Assembly (NCBI GenBank): GCA_045114455.1
Contig: JBGUKN010000078.1
Location: forward strand, 7,085 to 71,084
Reading direction: 5' to 3'
DNA length: 64,000 bases
DNA from: Victivallales bacterium
GTDB taxonomy: Bacteria > Verrucomicrobiota > Lentisphaeria > Victivallales > UBA1829
Notes under the pieces: model-generated
The model's input: only the letters and a program-made list of their open reading frames with translations
Told to the model about the DNA's origin: nothing
Database searches by the model: none
Translations under genes and position numbers: made by a program
Shown: piece by piece, positions 26,937-35,888 of the stretch
How positions within the stretch are numbered: the first letter of the stretch is position 1
How the letters are laid out: each line of letters begins with the position of its first letter

Positions 26937-27170
26937 AAAACGATATAAACTCCTGAGAAGAAGAGGATTTGCATGAGATTCCGGCTGTGTGCCGCGCCGG
27001 ACGTTCCATACTTTTTTATCTATATACTGTATCATGCTTTTCGTTTTTTTCAACCGGAATACGCGGAAATCTTTCGTGTCTTTTCGGGAGAAAAAGCCGA
27101 AGTCATGTTGCGGGACGGCCGACCGGTTTGCACGAACGGAACAAGAGTGCGAAAAAGCTGTGTTTCCTGC

Positions 27171-27199
27171 TTGATTTTCGGTCCTGTTCGTGGTATATT
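27171..27199 (+). promoter_or_regulatory. sigma70-type promoter of pEtN transferase gene
   Basis: TTGATT-N17-TATATT. Confidence 0.55.
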
Positions 27200-27307
27200 A
27201 ATTATTTCATTCGTTTCGGATCTAAAGAAACCAGCCGTTTTGACAGCCTTTTTCTTGAACCCGTTTTCAACCCCGTCACCTTATCCGGAAATGCCCTGGC
27301 TGCATCC

Positions 27308-28957
27308 ATGGACAACGATAACATCTTAAAAAACCGTGCCGAAAAGATCTTTTCGAACATCTGGATCTGTCTGGCCGCATATCTGATCCTGATCGCCGGG
27401 CCGGACTATCTGCCGCACCTTTTCGTGCATCACAATCAGGCGCCGCTGGAATGGGGCACTGCATTGTCCGCGTTTGCCGGATATCTCTTTCCTTTCGCGC
27501 CGCTGTTTCTTCTGCGCGGGATGTATTTCCGCATCTATGCCGCGGCGCTGATGTTTTTTGCCGCGCTCTGCTTCTTCGTCAGCGGTTATGTGGTCATGAG
27601 ATTTCACATGCCGTTGCAGGCCGGCACCCTGCATCTGCTCTCCACGACCTCCTGGCGCGAGTCCCGCGAGTTCCTGCTGAGGGAAATAACTTCCCTTTCC
27701 GTCCTTTATTACGTCTTTGCGACCGCGGCGGGGCTTCTTCTTTTCCGCTTTTTCGGATTCCGGGTGAAACCTCTCTCAAACCGGAAAGTCTCCTCCGTCG
27801 CCGCCGTGCTCTGCGTCCTGCCGATGGCATGGGTCTATTTCTACTACTCGTGGATCGACTCTGATCCGGTCCAGCGGGAATCCGCCGCGTGGTTCGCCCT
27901 CCTTCCCAACCAGCTGGCGGACTCCCGAAAACAGATGGATGTCCTGCACGAATGCCTCGCATACCCGCAGATCCCGCAGGACCTGACCTGTGAAGGGCAC
28001 GCGGACACGGCTGTGATCGTAATCGGCGAAAGCGCCGCCCGCGCCCACCTGTCACTTTACGGTTACGACCGCGAAACGACGCCGGAACTTGAGAAGAACC
28101 GGACGGAACTCGTCGTGTTCAGAAACGTGATCGCCGCGATGCCCGTCACGAACTATTCGCTGTACTATACCCTGACTTTCAAGACGCTGTCCGATCAGAT
28201 GCATCCGCGGGCCACGATCATGTCCGTGCTTGACAGAGCGGGCTATCACATCGATGCCTTCTCCACGCAGGAAAATTTCGGCGAGAATTCCGTTTCCGCG
28301 CTTTTTGCGCAGTGGCATCCGAAATACCATGAAAACGAATTCGACGCCTGCCTGATCGACGATGTCCGCGAGGCACTGGCGAACAGGAAAGGACCGACTC
28401 TGATCATCCTTCACATCATGGGAAGCCACATCACTTACCGGAACCGTTATCCCGAGTCTTTCAACTATTTTTCCCAGGAAAAAAATGTCATTTCCGGGAA
28501 GGAGATCAATCCGCTTTTCCTGGAAAATATCAACACCTACGACAACTCCATCCGTTATACGGACTTCGTGCTCGGAAGCATCATCGAGGAATTGAAAAAG
28601 ACTGGCGGGAAAAACCTGCTTTTCTATTTTTCGGATCATGGCGAAAACGTCGAAACGAGTTTCCTCCAGAACTACCGCGACGCGGAAAAACGCGATTCCT
28701 ACGAGGTTCCTTTCCTCTTCTGGTTCTCGCCGGAATACCGGGAAACCTACCCGGACCGTGTCGCCGCCGCGGAGGCCGCGGTCGATAAGCCGATCCAGCT
28801 GGACCGCGCCGCCGAGGGTATCCTGTCCGTCTTCGGCGTCTCCTCGCGGCTTTACCCGGCGTCCGAAAACTTCCTTCTGCCGGACTTCGCCATCAAGCCG
28901 CGTTACATGATGGAAGGCCGCATCCTTTACCGGGAAGAAGACGTGCAATCCCTGTGA
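27308..28957 (+). CDS. phosphoethanolamine transferase (EptA/CptA-like, sulfatase fold)
   Basis: N-terminal TM helices; VIGESAARAHLSLYGYDRETTP, catalytic Thr region (PVTNYS), HIMGSH, YDNSIRYTD, YFSDHGE. Start uncertain. Confidence 0.87.
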   Translation: MDNDNILKNRAEKIFSNIWICLAAYLILIAGPDYLPHLFVHHNQAPLEWGTALSAFAGYLFPFAPLFLLRGMYFRIYAAALMFFAALCFFVSGYVVMRFHMPLQAGTLHLLSTTSWRESREFLLREITSLSVLYYVFATAAGLLLFRFFGFRVKPLSNRKVSSVAAVLCVLPMAWVYFYYSWIDSDPVQRESAAWFALLPNQLADSRKQMDVLHECLAYPQIPQDLTCEGHADTAVIVIGESAARAHLSLYGYDRETTPELEKNRTELVVFRNVIAAMPVTNYSLYYTLTFKTLSDQMHPRATIMSVLDRAGYHIDAFSTQENFGENSVSALFAQWHPKYHENEFDACLIDDVREALANRKGPTLIILHIMGSHITYRNRYPESFNYFSQEKNVISGKEINPLFLENINTYDNSIRYTDFVLGSIIEELKKTGGKNLLFYFSDHGENVETSFLQNYRDAEKRDSYEVPFLFWFSPEYRETYPDRVAAAEAAVDKPIQLDRAAEGILSVFGVSSRLYPASENFLLPDFAIKPRYMMEGRILYREEDVQSL

Positions 28958-29058
28958 TTCGCGATCCTTTCCGTTCCGTTCAAATAGTCCCGTTTTATGT
29001 CCGGACTGAGTGATAATGTCTTTTTTGCCGCAATTTATGTGTTTTTTTTAATATCAGC

Positions 29059-29086
29059 TTGAATTTCGCGCGCGAAATGCTATATT
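29059..29086 (+). promoter_or_regulatory. promoter with perfect 16 bp palindrome in the spacer
   Basis: TTGAAT-N16-TATATT; ATTTCGCGCGCGAAAT at 29063-29078. Confidence 0.55.
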
Positions 29087-29189
29087 ATTTCAAGCGCGAA
29101 TATGAGCGCGCACTTTACATGAATTTCAACAGACAGACACGGGGGAAGTTTTCCCGTTGTCCGTCGAATTTCAGAAAAAGGATTTTGTC

Positions 29190-32100
29190 ATGGCCGACGA
29201 ATTCAAAGACTACATCTTTGAAAATAAACGCGAGACAAGCAATGATTTTGCTCTTGCGAACGGAGAGGTGACTTCCGTTCTCAGGAGAATCAGATACAAC
29301 ACGCCCTTTGCGTCTTTCGGAAAGCATCCTTCCTATACTTGGAACGGCACATCGGCAAAACGCTTGTGCTCCGTGGCAGGCGGACTTGCCGTTCTCCCGC
29401 AGGCTAAGACCGTTGAGCGCGAATGGAACAATCCTCTTTCCGTTTCGGGGCTTTCGTTCCCAGGAAAGGATGCGAAATCCGTCGGCATGCCGGTTTTCTC
29501 CTCTGCCGCCGGACGCAATTCCTCGAACGGCGAAGATTTGGATCTGAAAGCGCGGGAGACGCCTGTTTTCAGCGGACTTTTTGCAAAGCACGACCAGCCC
29601 GGTTCTTCCTCGCATGGAAACGGCAAGGCCTCCGTCATGCCCCCGGACGGTTTCACGCTTCCAACGGATGCTTCCTCAATAAAAACCACCGTGGCAGGAA
29701 ACGGCATCGACCTTTCCGTGCTGTCCCATGGCGATTCCGAGCAGGATTCTTCCTCTGCCGCATCGTCGCGGAGAGCGGTCCGCCGCACGCTGACGGTCGG
29801 CGCCGACGACATGGCGAACTGCAGGACCTATCAGGTCGGCTATGATATCGAAGCCGGGGATTCCGGGATGGCGGCGCATTCCGCGGCGCACAACGGAACG
29901 TCGTATGACGGCGTTTCGGTGTCCGGGAAGAATTCCTGCTATGCGCCCGGACAGGATGCCGGCTTTATCCGTCCGGTCGGCGGCGATGTCATCACCATCG
30001 ACGATCCCGAAATCGGCGGCTGGATCGGGATCCCGGAACGTCCCATCGGCGGCTGGATCGGGATCCCGGAACGTCCCATTGGCGGCTGGATCATCGTCGA
30101 TCCCGTCGTCCCGTATCCGTTCGACGGATACGAATTCTTCGAAGAATATGACATTTTCGAGGAATACGGCATCGACCTGTCGAGCGACTGGACCGAATAC
30201 ACGGATTCCGATTTTTCGAAGATCGACCTGGCATACAGCTCGAAACTGAGCTTTACGGTCAGCGCCACGAATGCGGCGACGTTCACGGTCTACCGGTGCA
30301 TCCAGGATGCGAACGGCGGATATACGCTGAAGGCGCTTCAGACGACCTCGCTCGTATTGAACGCGGAGAGCGGAGATTACGAGGCGACGACGAAGGCGCT
30401 CCTGCTGGAGGCCGGCCAGTACTGCCTCTACGTGCAGTCCGACGACCCGGTCAGTTCGGGCGATCCCGCCGCGTCCTACAAGTTCGATCTGAATCGCGAA
30501 GACAGCGACATTTTTGTGGACGGCGACAACTCGGACGACTGGACCGACCTTGGGACCGAGGGCGAATCCGGAGAAGTGGCCGATGCGGGCACACTGGACG
30601 AATCCAGCTTCGACGTTTTCAGCGACTGGGTCGGATTCGGCGACGAGATCGACTATGCCGGATTCACGCTCGACAGCACGGCGAAACTCAGTTTTTCGAT
30701 CAATTCCACCGACGCGGCGAAATTCACGATCTACAAGCTCGTTCAGGACAGGAACGGCAAATACTCCCTGAAGGCGCTTCAGACGACCTCGCTGTCCTAC
30801 GACAAGGAATTCGAAGAATACGACGCGAACACGAAATCGCTTCTTCTGGAGGCGGGCGAGTATTATTTCTCCGTTCAGTCGACCAATGCCGCGCAGGGCG
30901 GCAGCGCGTACTACGACATTTATGTCAATGAGGAAGACGACGCCACCGTGTTCTTTACGGAAGGCGACAATTCGGACGACTGGACCGACCTCAAGACCGA
31001 GGGCGCGGCGGGGCAGGTCGGAGACGTCGGCGTCATCGACGGAAACAGTTTCGACATCTGTACGAACTGGGTCGGCTTCGGCGACGAATTCGATTATGCG
31101 AAATTCACGCTGAACAGCGCGGCAAGTCTGAGCTTCACGATCGATGCCGACGGCGCGGCGAAGTTCACGATCTACAAACTCGTCCAGGACAAGAACGGCA
31201 AATACTCCCTGAAGACCCTTCAGACGACAAAGCTTTCCTACGACAGCGATTTCGAGGAATACGACGCGAACACGAAATCGCTTTTCCTGGAAGCGGGCGA
31301 GTATTATTTCTCCGTGCAGTCGACCGATGCCGCGCAGGGCGGCAGCGCGCACTACGACATCTACCTCAATCAGGAGGAAGAGGATTCCACCGTATTCTAT
31401 ACGGACGGCGACAATTCGGACGACTGGACCGACCTCGAAACGGAAGGCGAGTACGGCGCGGTCGCATACGCCGGGCTCGTCGATGAAACCAGATTCGATC
31501 TTCTCAGCGACTGGGTCGGCTTCGGCGACAGAATCGACTATGCCGGATTCACGCTCGACACCGCGGCGAGCCTGAGCTTCACGGTCAGCGCCGACGGCGC
31601 GGCGAAGTTCACGATCTACCAGCTCGTTCAGGACAAGAACGGCAAATACTCCCTGAAAACACTTCAGACGACCTCGCTGTCCTATGACAAGGAGTTCGGG
31701 GAATACGACGCGAACACGAAATCGCTGTTCCTCGCGCAGGGCGACTACTACATTTCCATGCAGTCGACCGATGCCGCAAAGGGCGGCGGCGCATGGTATA
31801 ATATTTATATCAACAGCGACGACAGCACGTTCTTCACGTCCGGCGACGACTGGTCCGACCTTGAGACGCTCGGACCGGACGGATCGGTCGGAGACCTCGG
31901 CTTCGTGGACGAATTCAGCACGGAACTGACGACCGGCCAGGTCGGCGGAAAGGCCGCCGACTATGCGAAGATCACGCTGTTCGATGCCGCGAAGATCAGC
32001 TTCCTGCTCAATGCCGACGGCGCGGCGAAGTTCGCGATCTACCGGCTGGTCCAGGGCAAGAACGGAAAGTATTCCCTCGACACGCTCCAAGCGACCTCGC

Positions 32101-33842
32101 TGACGGTCAACGGACAGACCGGGGAATACGACGCGGCCACGAAGGCGCTCCTGCTCGAAGCGGGCGAATACTACATCTCGATGCAGTCCGCCGACGCCTC
32201 GCGGAGCGTCGAATACGGCATCTCCCTCAACGGAGACGGCAGCACGTTCTTCACCGAAGGCTGGAACTATGACGACTGGACCGACCTCAAGACTGCGGGC
32301 GAACTCGGAGAGGTCGGCTTCGTCGGCACGGTCAACGAATACGGCGGGGAGCTTCTCAGCGACTGGGTCGGCTTCGGCGACGAGATCGACTACATGGGAT
32401 TCACGCTCGACAGCGCCGCGTCCCTGCGGTTCACGCTCGAAGCCACCGATGCGGCGACGTTCACGATCTACAGCCTCACGAAGACGAAGAGCGGGAAATA
32501 CAAGCTGAATCCGATCCTGACGACCGCGCTGTCCCTGAACGGCTCTTCGGGAGAATACGAAGCGGTCACGAAGGCGCTCCTGCTCGAAGCGGGCGATTAC
32601 TATTTCTCTGTTCAGTCGACCAATGCCGCACAGGGCGGAAACGCGTACTACAATGTGAGCGTGGATCCGTCCGACTGCGTCTTCTATACGCAGGGCAACA
32701 AATGCGATGACTGGACCGACCTCAAGACCGCTGGCGAATCCGGCATGGTCGGCTATGCCGGAGTGATCGACGAGAACACCATGGAACTCGTCGACGACTG
32801 GGTCGGCTTCGGCGATGCGATCGACTACGCCGGATTCACTCTGTTCAACGCCGCGAAACTCAGCTTCTCCATCTCCGCGGGCGATGCGACGACGTTCACG
32901 GTCTACCGTCTTGTCCAGGACAAGAACGGGATGTACTCCCTGAAGACGCTTCAGACGGCCGCGCTTGCGTTCAACAGGCAGACCGGGGAATACGATGCGG
33001 TCACGAAGGGACTCCTGCTCGAGGCGGGCGAATACTATTTCTCCGTCCGGTCGACGAATGCGGACCGGGGCGGCAGCGCGGTCTATCGAATCGAACTCAA
33101 CGCAGGCGGCAGCCAGTTCTATACGGAAGGCGAGAATTACGACGACTGGACCGACCTCGAAACGGCCGGCATGTACGGCGAAGTCGGCAACATCGGCTAT
33201 GTGGACAAATACAGCTCCGAACTTGCTTCCGGCTGGGTCGGATTCGGCGACGAAGTCGATTACGCGGGCTTCTCGCTTTTCGACGACGCGGATCTGAGCT
33301 TCTCGGTCGAGGCCGACGGCGCGGCGACGTTCACGGTCTACAGCCTGACCGAAGCCCGGAACGGCACGTTCAAGCTGAAAACGCTCCAGACGACCACACT
33401 CGTTTTTGATAAACAGTCGCAGAAATATGTCGCGGATACGAAAGCACTTTCGCTGGAAGCGGACGACTATTACTTCTCCATCCGCTCGGACGACGCGGGA
33501 CAGGGCGGCGGCGCGCATTACAAGCTGAGCCTGAACGAAACCAGCGAATTCTTCCCGGACGACTCCGCCGGAGACGAAAACTGGGGCGCGATCGAATATG
33601 AGCCGGAGCCGATCTGCGGCGGCGACACGGTGCTGCCCGTCGAGTGGACCTGGACCTGCGGCTATCCCGCCTGCGACGCGCCGGAGCCGGTCATGGCCGC
33701 CGGAACGCCTGTCGACGACGTGCTGGCGTACACGACGAATGCCGCGGTTGCGGCGAACGGCGGTTCCGCCGGACTTGCCATATCTGAACTGACCGAAAAC
33801 AAGCAGACAGATGTGCTGAAGGAGCTTTCCTCCCTCGCGTGA
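29190..33842 (+). CDS. large acidic repeat protein (7 full + 1 partial PPC-like beta-sandwich repeats), probably extracellular
   Basis: AAAGGA before ATG 29190; recurring DDWTDL..WVGFGD.IDY.GFTL..LEAGEYYFSVQS; no N-terminal signal peptide visible. Confidence 0.85.
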   Translation: MADEFKDYIFENKRETSNDFALANGEVTSVLRRIRYNTPFASFGKHPSYTWNGTSAKRLCSVAGGLAVLPQAKTVEREWNNPLSVSGLSFPGKDAKSVGMPVFSSAAGRNSSNGEDLDLKARETPVFSGLFAKHDQPGSSSHGNGKASVMPPDGFTLPTDASSIKTTVAGNGIDLSVLSHGDSEQDSSSAASSRRAVRRTLTVGADDMANCRTYQVGYDIEAGDSGMAAHSAAHNGTSYDGVSVSGKNSCYAPGQDAGFIRPVGGDVITIDDPEIGGWIGIPERPIGGWIGIPERPIGGWIIVDPVVPYPFDGYEFFEEYDIFEEYGIDLSSDWTEYTDSDFSKIDLAYSSKLSFTVSATNAATFTVYRCIQDANGGYTLKALQTTSLVLNAESGDYEATTKALLLEAGQYCLYVQSDDPVSSGDPAASYKFDLNREDSDIFVDGDNSDDWTDLGTEGESGEVADAGTLDESSFDVFSDWVGFGDEIDYAGFTLDSTAKLSFSINSTDAAKFTIYKLVQDRNGKYSLKALQTTSLSYDKEFEEYDANTKSLLLEAGEYYFSVQSTNAAQGGSAYYDIYVNEEDDATVFFTEGDNSDDWTDLKTEGAAGQVGDVGVIDGNSFDICTNWVGFGDEFDYAKFTLNSAASLSFTIDADGAAKFTIYKLVQDKNGKYSLKTLQTTKLSYDSDFEEYDANTKSLFLEAGEYYFSVQSTDAAQGGSAHYDIYLNQEEEDSTVFYTDGDNSDDWTDLETEGEYGAVAYAGLVDETRFDLLSDWVGFGDRIDYAGFTLDTAASLSFTVSADGAAKFTIYQLVQDKNGKYSLKTLQTTSLSYDKEFGEYDANTKSLFLAQGDYYISMQSTDAAKGGGAWYNIYINSDDSTFFTSGDDWSDLETLGPDGSVGDLGFVDEFSTELTTGQVGGKAADYAKITLFDAAKISFLLNADGAAKFAIYRLVQGKNGKYSLDTLQATSLTVNGQTGEYDAATKALLLEAGEYYISMQSADASRSVEYGISLNGDGSTFFTEGWNYDDWTDLKTAGELGEVGFVGTVNEYGGELLSDWVGFGDEIDYMGFTLDSAASLRFTLEATDAATFTIYSLTKTKSGKYKLNPILTTALSLNGSSGEYEAVTKALLLEAGDYYFSVQSTNAAQGGNAYYNVSVDPSDCVFYTQGNKCDDWTDLKTAGESGMVGYAGVIDENTMELVDDWVGFGDAIDYAGFTLFNAAKLSFSISAGDATTFTVYRLVQDKNGMYSLKTLQTAALAFNRQTGEYDAVTKGLLLEAGEYYFSVRSTNADRGGSAVYRIELNAGGSQFYTEGENYDDWTDLETAGMYGEVGNIGYVDKYSSELASGWVGFGDEVDYAGFSLFDDADLSFSVEADGAATFTVYSLTEARNGTFKLKTLQTTTLVFDKQSQKYVADTKALSLEADDYYFSIRSDDAGQGGGAHYKLSLNETSEFFPDDSAGDENWGAIEYEPEPICGGDTVLPVEWTWTCGYPACDAPEPVMAAGTPVDDVLAYTTNAAVAANGGSAGLAISELTENKQTDVLKELSSLA
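30012..30092 (+). repeat. in-frame 33 bp tandem repeat x2.5 (IGGWIGIPERP)
   Basis: ATCGGCGGCTGGATCGGGATCCCGGAACGTCCC identical at 30012 and 30045, partial at 30078. Confidence 0.97.
30534..33555 (+). repeat. tandem domain repeats of 426-444 bp
   Basis: DDW(T/S)DL codons start at 30534, 30975, 31419, 31845, 32271, 32706, 33141. Confidence 0.95.
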
Positions 33843-33875
33843 TCCGGCGAAAGCATAAACGGTTCAGGACAGCAC

Positions 33876-33909
33876 GCCTCCGGTTCCTTTGCGGGCCGGA
33901 GGCTTTTTT
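33876..33909 (+). terminator. intrinsic terminator
   Basis: GCCTCCGG...CCGGAGGC stem then TTTTTT. Confidence 0.85.
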
Positions 33910-34017
33910 GCTGTTTCGTTGGTGCACGGTTCCTTTTCCGCTTGCATTCTCCGCGGAAAGATGTATTGTAATACCGGACAATGCCGTCTGACACAACAGA
34001 AAGAAAGGATGCTAGCC

Positions 34018-34365
34018 ATGACGAAACAGGAACTCATCGAAACCGCAAAAGCCATGATCGCCGCGCCGTCCTGCTGCCAGGACCTGAAGACCGTCGCGCA
34101 GGCGTGGATCGACGCCGTCGGGACCGCCGGAGAGAAGGCCGCCGCGGACGCCCTGCTGGCGGAACTGAAGGAAGACGTCTGCACGATCGACGACGTGATC
34201 CCGTTCTTCGAATCGCCGCGCGCGGTGCAGTATTTCGGCGAGGAGAAAGCCAAAGAGCTCGCCGCGCTCGCGCACAAGGTGAAGGCGGACGGCGGCAAGT
34301 GGTGTTTCTGCGAAGCCTGCGCCGCAGGCGCGAAACTGATCGAGAACGAAGCCTCGTTCTTCTGA
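34018..34365 (+). CDS. small Cys-rich helical protein, putative metal-binding
   Basis: AAGGA RBS; APSCC...EDVCT...WCFCEAC; own promoter-like TTGCAT-N16-TATTGT and terminator. Confidence 0.8.
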   Translation: MTKQELIETAKAMIAAPSCCQDLKTVAQAWIDAVGTAGEKAAADALLAELKEDVCTIDDVIPFFESPRAVQYFGEEKAKELAALAHKVKADGGKWCFCEACAAGAKLIENEASFF

Positions 34366-34401
34366 TCCGCGCCGACTGGACTGAGTCTGTTATTTGTTCC
34401 G

Positions 34402-34437
34402 CAGGGGAAACGGTTCATGCCGTTCCCCTGTTTTTTT
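34402..34437 (+). terminator. intrinsic terminator
   Basis: CAGGGGAAACGG/CCGTTCCCCTG stem then 7 T. Confidence 0.85.
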
Positions 34438-34503
34438 ACGCCCTGAACCGTCTCATTTTCGTGTTCGACATACTTGCAGCCCTTTCAAGATGTTACTGAT
34501 GGC

Positions 34504-35619
34504 TCACTTCTTTTCCCCGTCGAGAAGCTCCTGAAGCTCCTCCTTGATCAAATCGCGCATCTTTATATCGGAAAGCGTCGTATCTTTGAGCGTTTCCAGC
34601 AAGAGTATGTTCGCCTGAACCTTCAGGTCATCCTTGACGTCGCGGGGGATCAGTTCGTCGGCCGGCCGGCAGAACTTGACGAACATGTTGAAATGCTCCT
34701 TGTCCCGGTCCACGAACCTGTGGTTCGCCTCGTCCCATTCCTCCACCAGGATCAGGTTCGAAGTATGCGTGCGCTCTGCGAACGAATCCGTCTCGAAATA
34801 CAGCCGGAACGCCTTTTCCCCCTCGGGATCGTACAGCTCCACGATGGAGCCGGGGTCCCCGTCCGTGTACACGGTTTCATAGAACAGTTTTCCGTTCGGG
34901 TGATACGCCTCCATCGGGCCGTCGGGACGCCCCGTTTTCCGGTTCATCGTGAACTTGCGGAAGATGCCGTCTTCTCCCGCGACCTCGATTCGGTTGAAAC
35001 CGTCATCCCGTTTATCGACGGAAAGGACTCTTGTCCCGTCCCGGTCGAAGAGTTCGGTCCGTTCGTTTTCGGCTGTCCTGCAGCGGTATTTCAGGTAGAA
35101 ACACTTGTCCTTCCGTTCGAAGAAGTTGTCGTTGGAGATCTCGGTCTTGACGTTGTCCCGGAGCAGGTAGATGGAAACCGTGGTGACGCCCTGCCGTTTT
35201 TTCGTTTCCCAGATGGCGGAATACTTCGGGACATACTTGGACCGCAGGTAATTCCCCGACAAAGACCTCCCGTCTTTATAATACAAGAAGAAGCGGGTGT
35301 TTTCCCCCGGCCCCGGAAACGGGTTTTTGTCCGCCGGCAAATCCAGATCTTCCCCCGTCTCCCACACATAACCGGTGTACGGCTGGTCCTCGCCCGCCTT
35401 GTACGCCCGGCCGTCCTTCACGACCAGCCGGGCGAAGGGCATGTAGGAAAACGTTTCCTTCGCGAGCTTCGGCGGCTTCACGGCATTTGCCGTTTTCTTC
35501 TTCGAAGCCGAAGTGTTTGATTCCTGCGCGGACAACCATCCGATCCCGCCGAAAAGGAAGACGGCAACGGTGATCGCGATGAATGCAGAAGCTTTTCGTC
35601 TCGTTTTCGTGTTCGACAT
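34504..35619 (-). CDS. exported MORN-variant/YwqK-like repeat protein
   Basis: Signal/TM (AFIAITVAVFLFGGIGWLSA); DGRAYKAGEDQPYTG and DGPMEAYHPNGKLFYE repeats. Start uncertain. Confidence 0.65.
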   Translation of the reverse strand: MSNTKTRRKASAFIAITVAVFLFGGIGWLSAQESNTSASKKKTANAVKPPKLAKETFSYMPFARLVVKDGRAYKAGEDQPYTGYVWETGEDLDLPADKNPFPGPGENTRFFLYYKDGRSLSGNYLRSKYVPKYSAIWETKKRQGVTTVSIYLLRDNVKTEISNDNFFERKDKCFYLKYRCRTAENERTELFDRDGTRVLSVDKRDDGFNRIEVAGEDGIFRKFTMNRKTGRPDGPMEAYHPNGKLFYETVYTDGDPGSIVELYDPEGEKAFRLYFETDSFAERTHTSNLILVEEWDEANHRFVDRDKEHFNMFVKFCRPADELIPRDVKDDLKVQANILLLETLKDTTLSDIKMRDLIKEELQELLDGEKK

Positions 35620-35766
35620 GAGTTCAGGCCTTTCGTGGTGCTGGCGATGAAATGGACGGATCCGATCGTTCATAGAAATACTATAGTCCCATAGAAGAAA
35701 AAAACAAATGAAAAAGATACGAAAAGAAGAAAACAGGACCAATAGGACCGATAGAAAAAAGCGATG

Positions 35767-35794
35767 AAAAAAGCCTGTCCTTTGCAGAACAGGC
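35767..35794 (-). terminator. intrinsic terminator after alpha-2-macroglobulin
   Basis: Minus strand GCCTGT...ACAGGC then TTTTTT. Confidence 0.8.
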
Positions 35795-35888
35795 CACACA
35801 GTGTGTGTCGGGTAGTGCTTGGCTTCGCTCAAGCACGTGCTCAAGCGAAGCTGAGAGCACTGCAGCAGTGGAGGCTCCGCCTCCTTAC
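35795..35888. repeat. REP-like multi-hairpin element, copy A
   Basis: GTAG+TGCTTG..CAAGCA hairpin on plus; GTAA+GGAGGC-GGA-GCCTCC-ACTGC-T-GCAGTG on minus overlapping the A2M stop; shares blocks with copies B and C. Confidence 0.7.

Noticed and set aside
29676-33518. 1280 aa minus-strand ORF
   Set aside because: Antisense shadow of the repeat protein caused by GC-biased codon usage; no motifs or RBS.
30534-33555. Possible CRISPR array or RTX toxin
   Set aside because: Repeats are degenerate 426-444 bp coding units with no spacer structure; no GGxGxDxL nonapeptides.
34018-34365. Hsp90/chaperone label recalled for similar proteins
   Set aside because: No GHKL ATPase motifs and far too short.
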